Origin: an uncultured Acidimicrobiia bacterium
Lineage (GTDB): Bacteria > Actinomycetota > Acidimicrobiia > Spongiisociales > UBA5794
DNA length: 64,000 nt
Reading direction: 5' to 3'
Assembly: GCA_963704825.1 (NCBI GenBank)
Contig: CAVPHV010000021.1
Location: 38,771 to 102,770, forward strand
Both the position numbers and the translations under genes were made by a program. This document shows, one piece after another, positions 31,201 to 39,407 of this stretch (the first letter of the stretch is position 1; each line of letters begins with the position of its first letter). The notes under the pieces are model-generated. The model worked only from the letters and a program-made list of their open reading frames with translations. It was not told the DNA's origin and did not search any database.

Positions 31201-31709
31201 GCTTTCAGTTCGACCAAATGGCCCGCGATGTGAGCTTCGTCATCGATGAGGTCCTTGACATGCGGAGCGGGAACGACCCGATGACCCAGTTCGACGGGCA
31301 GAACATCGGCTTCATCGGCACCTCTCTCGGCGGTGGAGTGGGATACTCGCTGTTTTTGAACTGTTGCACGGACTCGAGGGTCGATGCAGTCCTCCCCCGT
31401 GCCGGCGTCGTGCCGACGGGGTCGTTCAACTACAACAACGGTCCCGCACTACTCGCCATACACGGAGACGCCGACACGGTGGTACCGATTGCGCCCGCCC
31501 TCAGCTTCTACAACTCGGCGCAGTCACCGAAGGGCTTCATCCGCCTGGCGGGCGTCGGTCACGACCTCAACGTCGGGCCGCACCCCTTGCTACGAGACGT
31601 CGCCCTGGGATTCTTCGACTGGCAGCTCAGGGGCGACGCCGGCGGCAAGAACGTGATCCTCCAATCGGTGAACAGCTTGGGTCTCGCCACGATCCAGCAC
31701 GACTGGTAG
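28275..31709 (+). CDS. Secreted multidomain protein: GHL15-like putative glycoside hydrolase + RTX Ca-binding repeats + alpha/beta-hydrolase
   Basis: Signal peptide and Pro/Ala linker. Shared GH-like core, GGxGxD nonapeptides, then a C-terminal domain with VVAGHG, GTSLGG (GxSxG), HGDAD and GVGH (Ser-Asp-His triad). Confidence 0.85.
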   Translation: MMQKGNLVFRSLVTALVAFTTAIAVVGVVGPLDLAGSPAQAAEPAPIAETAPPAETAPPAQPAQSAEAADAAIPAAAAAPGSSPYVALFTEVGDCGQVVATNELTGGALNARLAELTVWYEHFHGQGSNVFTLGDLCRGSSSSTLAAKLASRGVVASNYRNGSYVSQSSQSAPLLFGEAGDLEANAPLAIATFWPGNYAPYVAGDNGADVAKLSGSLSAGATTVRVKSAASVRPSGEAATWPYRSSRGAGTAAGAHTANTHDVVSFVRVDDELMQITGNPSVDGGDVVLAVRRGLWGTEATSHAANARVMSPVYIGSKTAVADDQGLSGIPGRDDSRYALRYGIKLWQPDGYGWIADRIRDTFGSGFQGYNAFWLDVTSCVQYNNADWAGNPVWGWDDPVDKKLTRDRWGDHQQTKLAGLRSELPGKKMVTNTLQNNDSCADELLANHTDAGVMENWMRTDGSWGNGFSWTAEMDRTIRTMANNWPAAYWVRWNRGVPDPQRYERFAYGSLLLAHRPSATKYTYGGPFDLDRPDELYFWDWGTPSETTSQVSGLALPSGLYARAYSNGLIIVNPTSTTKTHNLGGTYYDVVNKNPQGDPTPVTTITIPAKDAAFLVGNVTAGDPPPKCDGKTATIVGTNGPNTLIGTSGPDVIWGGGGNDTIKGLAGNDTICGGGGKDVIFGAGGNDTILGGKGNDTIWASDGSDTVSGGKGNDTIWPGGGTNESRGNGGDDAIHATFGNNDSYGGNNNDVIYVAAGSGEVSGGKGIDTIDARDASSRVEIDVANPDGKGGTFSTTQGSAVLFGIEHAVGSAFGDELLGDFRNNVLTGRGGPDTIRGFAGNDALYGSSGNDYLNGGSGADQNYGGAGTGDECTNGTPHDCESGGGGGGGACTPDSAPYGIGEKTVTLVDPSRGRTLQTTIYYPATSNGTNAPVVCGPFPMVVAGHGAAGTGRSAADLFRFLVNDGYVVVGPTFPSGFQFDQMARDVSFVIDEVLDMRSGNDPMTQFDGQNIGFIGTSLGGGVGYSLFLNCCTDSRVDAVLPRAGVVPTGSFNYNNGPALLAIHGDADTVVPIAPALSFYNSAQSPKGFIRLAGVGHDLNVGPHPLLRDVALGFFDWQLRGDAGGKNVILQSVNSLGLATIQHDW
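28524..30121. repeat. Copy B of the 1598-bp inverted repeat (partner 261-1858)
   Basis: Reverse complement of 261-1858, near-identical. Confidence 0.92.
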
Positions 31710-31786
31710 CCCGGCCGCACCCAACGCGCCGTAGACGCGAGGTGGGCAAAGGTGGACAATCGCAGGGTACGACCAGGAGGTACCCC

Positions 31787-32611
31787 TTGACCCGCCCGAA
31801 GCGGACGTTTCCCTTGCTCGTTGTCCTTGGCCTTGGTCTCACGGTGCTTGTGCCGATCGCGGCATCGGCCGCCCCGGTCCCGTACAAATGCGATGGCAAA
31901 GATGCCACCACCTGGGGCGACGACGGACCCAACACGCTGCACGGCACGACCGGGGACGACGTCATCTGGGCCGGAAGCGGCGATGACGTGGTCTTCGGCT
32001 ACGGGGGCAACGATACGGTCTGCGCCGGACTCGGCGACGACCACGTTTACGGCGGACAAGGCGAAGACATTCTCTACGGGGGCGGCGGCGACGACGAGAT
32101 GTGGTCGGGAGCCGGTGTCGACACGATGTTCGGCAATTCAGGCCGCGATGTCCTCCATGCCGGACCCGGACTCAACTTCTCGTATGGCGGCAACGGCAAT
32201 GACCGCATCACGATGTTCGCCGGCGACGGCGAGGTCTACGGCGGTGACGGATTCGATACCATCGACGGCCGACCGGCGGCCGGTCCGGTCCACATCGACC
32301 TCGCCGATCCCAACGGCTCAGGCGGCACCTTCTGGACCTTCGAGGGCGGGGCGCTGCTGTTCGGCATCGAGAAGGCGATCGGATCAGAGTTCAACGACCG
32401 ACTCCAGGGCACCTACCAGGACAACGTGTTGGTCGGCCGCGGTGGCAAAGACACCATCGGTGGCCGCGGCGGCGATGACACGCTCTACGGCGGCAAGGCC
32501 AGCGACTACCTCGACGGCGGCAGCGGTATCAATCATCTCTACGGAGGTTCAGGCCTCAGCGACCGCTGCACCAAGGGGATCTATCACGGTTGTGAGGTCG
32601 TCACCATCTGA
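31787..32611 (+). CDS. Secreted hemolysin-type (RTX) calcium-binding repeat protein
   Basis: TTG start after AGGAGG. Signal peptide, CDGKDAT, GGxGxD repeats, ends DRCTKGIYHGCEVVTI. Similar to the RTX part of 28275-31709. Confidence 0.82.
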   Translation: MTRPKRTFPLLVVLGLGLTVLVPIAASAAPVPYKCDGKDATTWGDDGPNTLHGTTGDDVIWAGSGDDVVFGYGGNDTVCAGLGDDHVYGGQGEDILYGGGGDDEMWSGAGVDTMFGNSGRDVLHAGPGLNFSYGGNGNDRITMFAGDGEVYGGDGFDTIDGRPAAGPVHIDLADPNGSGGTFWTFEGGALLFGIEKAIGSEFNDRLQGTYQDNVLVGRGGKDTIGGRGGDDTLYGGKASDYLDGGSGINHLYGGSGLSDRCTKGIYHGCEVVTI

Positions 32612-32622
32612 GCGAACCAGTC

Positions 32623-33318
32623 TCAGCCGCCGCCGGCGCGGCGCGCCTGGAGCGCCGCCAGCCGCTCGTGGACATCGGTGGTCTGACGAGATGGCTCGTG
32701 GCGGGAAGGCGTCGGTCGGGTTGCTCCCGGTCGGCCGGGTGCCGGCGACCTCGACTCCTCAGCCTCGGGCAATGAAACCCTGGCCGATGCGGCGGGTGCG
32801 GCCATCTCTTGGCCCACCCGCACCACCAGTAGCAGAACGACGATGGCGATGGTCGCCACATACATGGTGAGGACTGCGGAATGCTGAGTGTCAGTGCCTG
32901 CCATCACGCCGTGAAAGGCCGCGGCCGCAAAGGTGCCGAAGGCGAGGAAGTGAATCGTGCGCCACGCCGCCTGGCCGATCCACTTCTTGACGTAGAAGCT
33001 GGCCGAGACCACAAAAGCGGCGTAGAACGCCACGATCCCGAAGGCCACCGCCAACGGCTCCCAGGTGGAAGCTCCGGGGATGAAAAGCTCCCGGGGACCG
33101 AACTCGATGAAGTCATCGCTCCACAGGAAGAACAGGTGCGCTCCCGTGGCGAGCAGCGCCCCAACGGCGAGCCCTTCATGGAGCCAGGTCAGCGGCTTGG
33201 CCTTGACGATGCGAACAAACAGCTTCGACGAAAGGGCAAGACCCCATATCGTCGAGGCCGCCAGCATCAGGTAGGCGACAAGGCCGGTGCCCCGGATCAA
33301 CATCCACTCGAGATTCAT
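32623..33318 (-). CDS. Ferric reductase-like (MsrQ-like) transmembrane protein
   Basis: Start MNLEWMLIRGTGLVAY overlaps the apbE stop. Heme-ligand-like His in WLHEGL, GAHL, WRTIHFLAF and FHGVMAGTD. Several TM helices. Confidence 0.82.
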   Translation of the reverse strand: MNLEWMLIRGTGLVAYLMLAASTIWGLALSSKLFVRIVKAKPLTWLHEGLAVGALLATGAHLFFLWSDDFIEFGPRELFIPGASTWEPLAVAFGIVAFYAAFVVSASFYVKKWIGQAAWRTIHFLAFGTFAAAAFHGVMAGTDTQHSAVLTMYVATIAIVVLLLVVRVGQEMAAPAASARVSLPEAEESRSPAPGRPGATRPTPSRHEPSRQTTDVHERLAALQARRAGGG

Positions 33319-34166
33319 GCCGCCACCTCGACTCCGGGCGTGGCAAATACGTTGCCGTCGTGCCACACCGCAAGCGCCGAGCGAATCCACGACTGCCGAG
33401 CCGCCCACGCCAAGCCGCTCTCACCGAGAATGAGCACTGCCTTCGCTCCGGCTTCCGCTTCGGCGGCTGTGGCGGCGATGACGGTGGCGGAGAGAATCGG
33501 GGTCACGGCGGGGTTGCCGGTGCGAGGATCGATGATGTGGTGAGCAGGACCGCCTGCGGCCGTCCAGCGGCGACGGCCGATGGAACTCGTCGCCAAACCG
33601 CCGACTCCCAGATGAAGGTGGGCGGCAACCTCGCCCCAGGGATCGAGAACTTCGGCCGTCGTGGTGGGGTCGCTGCTTGCGATGTCGCCGCCGGCGGACA
33701 CAACTGCGGCGTGGCCGGCTTCGACGGCACGATCGGCCGTCCAGCCCTTGGCGATACCGCCGAGATCGAATCGGGTACCGGCCGGGCGGTCGATGACACC
33801 GTCCGCGATGCTCCATCCGGCCTGCCTCCGGTCGGCGTCCGGGACCACATCCACCTCGCCGAGTTCGCTGAAGGTTCGGTCGTAGCCCCAGTCGATCACC
33901 CGGCCCCCAACGGCGGGATCGACCAGGCCGTTGGTGCGCCGCACCAACTCCTCGGCCACGGTCAGGACTGCGGCAAGCACCGGAGACAGCTCGACTCGGC
34001 TTGCGATGCTGTCGTTCAGGTGGATGAGTTCGCTCGAGTCGCGGAATCGAGAGAAACAGGCCTCAGCCAACTCGAAGTCGGCCCGCACCGCGTCATGACC
34101 GGCAGCGCTGTCGGCCCGAACCTCGACCCACGTTCCCATGGCGTCAAAACGCTCGACGGTTCTCAT
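33315..34166 (-). CDS. apbE: FAD:protein FMN transferase
   Basis: Motifs AMGT, FSRFRDSSEL, FDLGGIAKGW, SAGGD, GLATSS and HHIIDPRTG. Confidence 0.92.
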   Translation of the reverse strand: MRTVERFDAMGTWVEVRADSAAGHDAVRADFELAEACFSRFRDSSELIHLNDSIASRVELSPVLAAVLTVAEELVRRTNGLVDPAVGGRVIDWGYDRTFSELGEVDVVPDADRRQAGWSIADGVIDRPAGTRFDLGGIAKGWTADRAVEAGHAAVVSAGGDIASSDPTTTAEVLDPWGEVAAHLHLGVGGLATSSIGRRRWTAAGGPAHHIIDPRTGNPAVTPILSATVIAATAAEAEAGAKAVLILGESGLAWAARQSWIRSALAVWHDGNVFATPGVEVAA

Positions 34167-34519
34167 GATCCGGAGGTCGGCACGGGATCGGACGGTGTGG
34201 GGGCGGATCCACCACCACCACCACCCCCGCCCCCACCACCACCGCTCACCGTCACGGTGCGGGTGATGACCTGCGGGGGTGGTGCCGGGGTGGGCGTGAA
34301 CCTGAGGACCACCAGTCCTTCATCGGTCGCTTCGGGCAGCGGTGCCAGAGTGGTGGTCGTCGTCGGGATGGCAGCGGGCTCCTCGGGCGGCGGTGGCGGC
34401 TCGGCGTCGGCGACGCTACTTGATTGGATCACCAGCAGCGACGTCGCCCAGGCGATGGCCGCCCCGGTCCAGGCCAGGATGCGGGCCCAACGGTTTGGGA
34501 AGAATCGCTTGATGATCAC
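34163..34519 (-). CDS. Small membrane-anchored Pro/Thr/Gly-rich protein ending in TSGS (candidate ApbE substrate)
   Basis: N-terminal TM helix and low-complexity linker. ATGA coupling to apbE. Confidence 0.7.
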   Translation of the reverse strand: MIIKRFFPNRWARILAWTGAAIAWATSLLVIQSSSVADAEPPPPPEEPAAIPTTTTTLAPLPEATDEGLVVLRFTPTPAPPPQVITRTVTVSGGGGGGGGGGGGSAPTPSDPVPTSGS

Positions 34520-34887
34520 GGCGACGCCTCCGGGTCATCCTCGGCAACCCGCAGCACGACGTCGTTGTCGGCCAAGACGTTGACGACCGAAACTGGCAGT
34601 CCGAGCGCTCCGGCGCTTTCCTCGCGCACGTTGCCGGCGGCTTCGAGGGCGCGCACCACCGATTCGGGTAGCTCGTTGACTACCACAGGGTCGGGGGTGA
34701 TCACGATGGTTTCGGTCACCGGGGCCGTCTCAGCAATCGTCGAGGTGACGGTGGTGGGAACCGGCTCTGGCACCGCTGCTTCGGACCCCGTCGAGGTGTA
34801 CCACACCAGAGGGACCACGGCCGCGGCCGCCACGACTAGACCGGTGAGCACGGACGCCAGGCCCGTGCCACGTGGGGAAGACGCCAT
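34516..34887 (-). CDS. Membrane-anchored hypothetical protein
   Basis: 123 aa with N-terminal TM helix and Thr/Pro linker. Translationally coupled at both ends. Confidence 0.7.
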   Translation of the reverse strand: MASSPRGTGLASVLTGLVVAAAAVVPLVWYTSTGSEAAVPEPVPTTVTSTIAETAPVTETIVITPDPVVVNELPESVVRALEAAGNVREESAGALGLPVSVVNVLADNDVVLRVAEDDPEASP

Positions 34888-35453
34888 CAGTCGTCGTCCT
34901 CGTGGTGATCGTCCTCGTCGTCCTCGTGGTGATCGTCCTCGTCGTCCTCATCGTGATCGTCGTCTTCATCGTGATCGTCGTCTTCGTCGCCGTGGTCACG
35001 CGACCCGTCATCGTCACTCGCCGGAGCGTCGGATGCGTCGTCGCCACCTCCGCCACCGCTCGACACCGTCACGGTCTGAATCACCGGGGGTGGCGCCGGC
35101 GGGCCGGCAAGCTCCATGCCGGCTTCGGCGCAGATGGGACGCAGTGCATCGAGTGCCGCCTGCTCCAGGTCGGTGATGGTTCCATCCGCCTCGGCCCCCA
35201 CAAGAGCCCAGCCGTCGTCACCACACGCCGCGGCAAGGTCCGCAGCGGGATCGGCCGTCGTCGGGACCGCGACCGTTTCCACGACCTCTACGGCCGTCGT
35301 CGTCGTTGTGGTCTCCTCGGCCGCCAAGGCAGGCGTTGGTTCGGTCGTTCCTCCAGCCACCAAGGCGAAGGCGGCCACCGCGCTGAGCGGAACCAGCAAC
35401 AGACCCATCAAGAACGAAGGGGCGTACTTGCGGCCCCCAGGCTGGCCGGCCAT
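34887..35453 (-). CDS. Membrane-anchored protein with a Cys pair and an Asp/Glu/His-rich tail
   Basis: Probable start MAGQPGGRKY (uncertain). TM helix, AAC...PIC, tail DHDEDDDHDEDDEDDHHEDDEDDHHEDDD. Confidence 0.65.
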   Translation of the reverse strand: MAGQPGGRKYAPSFLMGLLLVPLSAVAAFALVAGGTTEPTPALAAEETTTTTTAVEVVETVAVPTTADPAADLAAACGDDGWALVGAEADGTITDLEQAALDALRPICAEAGMELAGPPAPPPVIQTVTVSSGGGGGDDASDAPASDDDGSRDHGDEDDDHDEDDDHDEDDEDDHHEDDEDDHHEDDD

Positions 35454-35898
35454 CAGCGCAGCTCGGCAATCTGCGGCCCAGCCGCTGCGATCATGGTCAT
35501 CGTTGTCATCAGTGTCAGCTCGCTTCTCGCCATGCATGGCGCTCGACGTCGGGACAGACTGCAGGAAGCTCGGATAAGCGAACGCTAAACGTGACTCAAA
35601 GACCACTTAGCGTTGGGGGTTGGTTGGCGCTTCCGCACGCATTTCGACCGCAGTTGGGGTCTTCCGCCCCTGGTCAGGGGCCTGTCGACCAATCAGGTTG
35701 GTCGTGTAACCGCGGAGGGGTTTCGATGCGAGTTGGGGACGCTCGTCGAGTCGAGTGCACCGGGCGTTCGGTGCGAGTCAGGCGACCGCGCCCCAAACAC
35801 CGGGATACCTCCACGCCGCGAAGCAGATTCATCCCGACCGAGGCTGCGACCTGAGCCAATCCGGCCGCGATGCCGTCTGCAAGAAGGAGGAATGCAGG

Positions 35899-36447
35899 AT
35901 GGGCAAGAAGAGTGCCATTGGGGTTCTGCTGGCGTTGACGCTGATCCTCGCCGTGGTCCCCGGCATCGGGGCAACCACGGAGGCGCCGGAGGCAGACGCT
36001 CCGGAGGCGACGACGGGGTATGTCGACATCGCGACCCAGGGAACCGAGTGGGTTGTCCAGCGGAAGTGGAAGTTCAAGGTCAATATGCCGTACGGATGGG
36101 GGGTGCGCACCAAGGCCAAGGCGGCAACCCAGGAATGGATCCACATCCCGCTGACCTACACGACCTTCCTCGATTCGACGGCAATGGAACTGAGCAAGGT
36201 CGAGTTCTGCGCACAGGCAACCAACCCAACTCAGACCAAACCGGTCAGGATGGACGTCTGGGCCAAGGACGTCAGAATCTCGTCGAAGAACATCACATGG
36301 CCAAACAACACCGGGGTCGTCTGCCAGTGGATCGACTACGCCTCACCCAAGTGGTACGAGGCCATCGGTATCAGCGTGCTGGTCAACTACGCCAACGACA
36401 AGGACAAAGTCACCTTCTACAAGGCGTGGCTGCGTCTCGTCCCGTAG
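35899..36447 (+). CDS. Secreted hypothetical protein
   Basis: AGGAGG upstream, signal peptide MGKKSAIGVLLALTLILAVVPGIGA, strong GC3 codon bias. Confidence 0.75.
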   Translation: MGKKSAIGVLLALTLILAVVPGIGATTEAPEADAPEATTGYVDIATQGTEWVVQRKWKFKVNMPYGWGVRTKAKAATQEWIHIPLTYTTFLDSTAMELSKVEFCAQATNPTQTKPVRMDVWAKDVRISSKNITWPNNTGVVCQWIDYASPKWYEAIGISVLVNYANDKDKVTFYKAWLRLVP

Positions 36448-36478
36448 GCGACTCTGTCCAAATCTCGGAGAAGGACCA

Positions 36479-36514
36479 CGATCCCTCCCCCGCTCAACGG
36501 CCGGGGAGGGATCG
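36479..36514. terminator. Hairpin after the 35899-36447 gene
   Basis: cgatccctcccc...ggggagggatcg 12-bp stem. Confidence 0.6.
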
Positions 36515-36561
36515 CTGCTCATGTGGATGAAATGACCCTCGCGGACAGGGCTTTCCAGGTT

Positions 36562-38186
36562 ATGGTTCGCGCCATGAGCACTTCCCTGCGTTTCCTGATC
36601 GCAGCACTTCTGCTTCTGACGGCGGGGATGGCCCCGGCCGGCGCCGACGAACCCACGGTCATGTGCGACGGCAAGCCGGCCACCATGATCGGGACCCCGG
36701 GCGACGACAAACTCATCGGCGATGCCTCCGACGACGTCATCGTCGGCCTTGGCGGGAACGACACTCTGGTCGGAGCCGGCGGCAACGACACGATCTGTGG
36801 CTTCGACGGCGACGACACGCTCATCGGCGGCCCCGGCGACGATATCCTGCTGGGCGGCCGGGGCTCCGACTGGCTCGACTACCGGACCGCGTATCAACGG
36901 CAATCGAGGTCGACCTCGGCGCCGGCACCGCCGACGGGCACGGAAGCGACACCCTGCTTCGATCGAGAACGTCTAAGGCAGCGACCACCACAACGACATC
37001 TATGGCAGCGCCGCTGCCAACACCTCGTTTCGATGGCGGCGGAGACGACATCGTGTGGGGTCGCGGCGGCGATGACATCCTCGAGGCCGGCCGACGAGTT
37101 CGCCGAACTCCGAGGCGGCCAGGCGACGACCACCTGAGCGGGCCAAATCACTACGACCCCTTCCGCGGCCCAGCGCCGTCATGCGCGGCGGACCCGGCAA
37201 TGACCTCATCGAGAACCGTACAACTCCGACACCGTCACCGGGGCCGCCGGCAACGACCACATCCGCATCCTCTATGGGGGACAACCAGGTCCATCCCGGC
37301 GCCGGCGACGACGTCGTTGAGGACGTCGACGGGGACGCAATGTGTCCGTACTGGAACGCTCCCGGACCAATCGAGGTCGACCTCGCAACCGGTATCGCGA
37401 CAGGTTGGGGCATCGACCAACTCGTCGGCGTGGCCGAAGTCCACGGCAGCCGCTTCGACGACGTCATGCGTGGCGGACCGGCCGGCGGCAGGTTCCATGG
37501 CCTCGGCGGCGACGACGTGCTCGAAGCCGTCGACTTCGCCGACCCCAACACGTCAGCTCTCGAGGAGGCCGCGGCAACGACATCCTCCGTGGCGGCGCCG
37601 GCGACGACTCTCTTTCCGGTGGCCCGGGCACCGACATCTCTTGGGATTCGGCTGGCAGATGATTGACCTGCGGGGTGGGGAGCGGCAGAGACGAACTCGA
37701 CGGCGGAGACGGCAACGACACCATCTCCTTCAGCGACTCGCCCGGCCCTATGGTCATCAACCTCACCACCTCGAAGGCCTTCGGCCCAAGCGCCGATGCT
37801 TCGTCAATATCGAGGACGTCTACGGAAGTCTGGGCGACGATCACATCACCGGGACTATGGGCCGAACTTTCATCCTCGGATCAGCCGGCAACGACATCAT
37901 CCATGGACGAGGGGAGACGACACTATCGGAGGGTGGCCGGGCGACGACGATCATCTACGCCGGTTTTGGCGCCGACTACGTCGACGGCGACGCCGGCAAG
38001 CGACGTCATCTACGGAGGCGCCGGCGAGACATGCTGCGCGGCGGCTCCCGGCGACGACTTGTCTTCGGCGGGCAGCGGGACGACACCCTCAATGGCGTGG
38101 CGGCAACAGACACCCTCGACGGCGGACCGCACTACGATACGTGCAAGGAGGGTACGACCTACGTCTCCTGTGAGCTGATCCTCTAG
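36562..38186 (+). pseudogene. Secreted RTX Ca-binding repeat protein broken by many frameshifts (pseudogene or low-quality assembly)
   Basis: Signal peptide plus CDGKPATMIGTPGDD. GGxGxD repeats jump among all three frames. Ends DTCKEGTTYVSCELIL. Confidence 0.75.
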
Positions 38187-38227
38187 ACGGTTTTGCCCCC
38201 TCGGAATCCGCTGGGTAGCTTCCGCTT

Positions 38228-39277
38228 ATGAACCGAAGCCGGCGTGTCCTCAGCTTCGCCGCCGTGGTGTTCGTCGCCACACTGATTCCCGTCTCGGGTA
38301 CCGCCGCACCCGTTCCAAGGTGCGAAGGCGAGGTCGCCACCATCGTCGGCACTTCTGGAGATGACATCCTGATCGGAACCAACGGCGACGACGTCATCGT
38401 CGGCCTCGAGGGCAACGACCAGATCGAAGGCGGAGCGGGGCACGACATCCTCTGCGGCTCCCAAGGCGATGACACCCTGATCGGCGGAACCGGCAACGAC
38501 ATCCTGCGAGGGGGCTACGGCTCGGACTGGGCTTCCTACGGCAAGGCCCGGGGCGCCGTCATCGTCGACCTCGTCGCCAAGGTTGTCACCGGGCACGGCA
38601 CCGACTCGATCTCAGGAGTTGAGAACATCATCGGGTCGCCGTATTCGGACAAGATCTATGCCAACAACGTCGACAACATCTTGCGCGGCTCGGGCGGCGT
38701 CGACTTCATTCGAGGCCGCGACGGAAACGACACCATCCACGGCGGACCCGCCTACGACCTCATCTACGGCGGCGAGGGCGACGACCTCATGTTCACCGAC
38801 TGTGGCGGGGACTTCGAGGGCCCCGGTCAGTTCGACTACGTCTCGGGCGGAAAGGGCAACGACACCTTGGTGGCCGCCGCGGCGTGGACCGTCATGTTCG
38901 GCGGACCCGGCGACGACATCTTGCAGGGCGGCTACGGCCGCGATGACCTGCATCCCGGCGCCGGCGACGACATCGTTGATGGTTCCGGTGAGGTCGACAC
39001 CGTCCTCTACGGCAACGCCCCGGGTCCGGTGTCGGTTGACCTCACGACCGGGATCGCCACCGGTTGGGGTACCGACCAGATCGTCGAGATTGAATGGGTC
39101 GCCACCGGCACCCACGACGATGTGATCATCGGCAATTCGAGTTACAACAAGCTGCGGGGCCGCGCCGGCGCCGACAAGATCTTCGGCGGAGGTGGCGGCG
39201 ACTTGATCAACGGCGGCGCCGATACGGACGAGTGCCGTCACGGAGCAATGTACCTGAACTGTGAGATCATTCGCTGA
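38228..39277 (+). CDS. Secreted RTX Ca-binding repeat protein
   Basis: Signal peptide, CEGEVATIVGT, GGxGxD repeats, ends DECRHGAMYLNCEIIR. Confidence 0.88.
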   Translation: MNRSRRVLSFAAVVFVATLIPVSGTAAPVPRCEGEVATIVGTSGDDILIGTNGDDVIVGLEGNDQIEGGAGHDILCGSQGDDTLIGGTGNDILRGGYGSDWASYGKARGAVIVDLVAKVVTGHGTDSISGVENIIGSPYSDKIYANNVDNILRGSGGVDFIRGRDGNDTIHGGPAYDLIYGGEGDDLMFTDCGGDFEGPGQFDYVSGGKGNDTLVAAAAWTVMFGGPGDDILQGGYGRDDLHPGAGDDIVDGSGEVDTVLYGNAPGPVSVDLTTGIATGWGTDQIVEIEWVATGTHDDVIIGNSSYNKLRGRAGADKIFGGGGGDLINGGADTDECRHGAMYLNCEIIR

Positions 39278-39384
39278 CCAGCGCGACGGCCGCGGAGACC
39301 CGTACAGCCCGAGGATGTGGGACACTCAGGGCGACGCTCCAAGCCGGCGGCGGCCGAGCCGGGGGCTAGGATGTCACGTTGAGT

Positions 39385-39398
39385 CTATCGATCGATAG
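39385..39398. promoter_or_regulatory. Palindromic operator CTATCGATCGATAG (copy 1), upstream of the aor operon
   Basis: Perfect 14-bp palindrome next to the RBS, 9 bp before the GTG. Same core at 51241-51260 and 51945-51960. Confidence 0.75.
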
Positions 39399-39407
39399 GA
39401 GGCGGGT

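Noticed and set aside
34888-35000. Repeated tcgtcctcgtggtgatc units as a DNA-level repeat element
   Set aside because: Explained by the Asp/Glu/His-rich protein tail.
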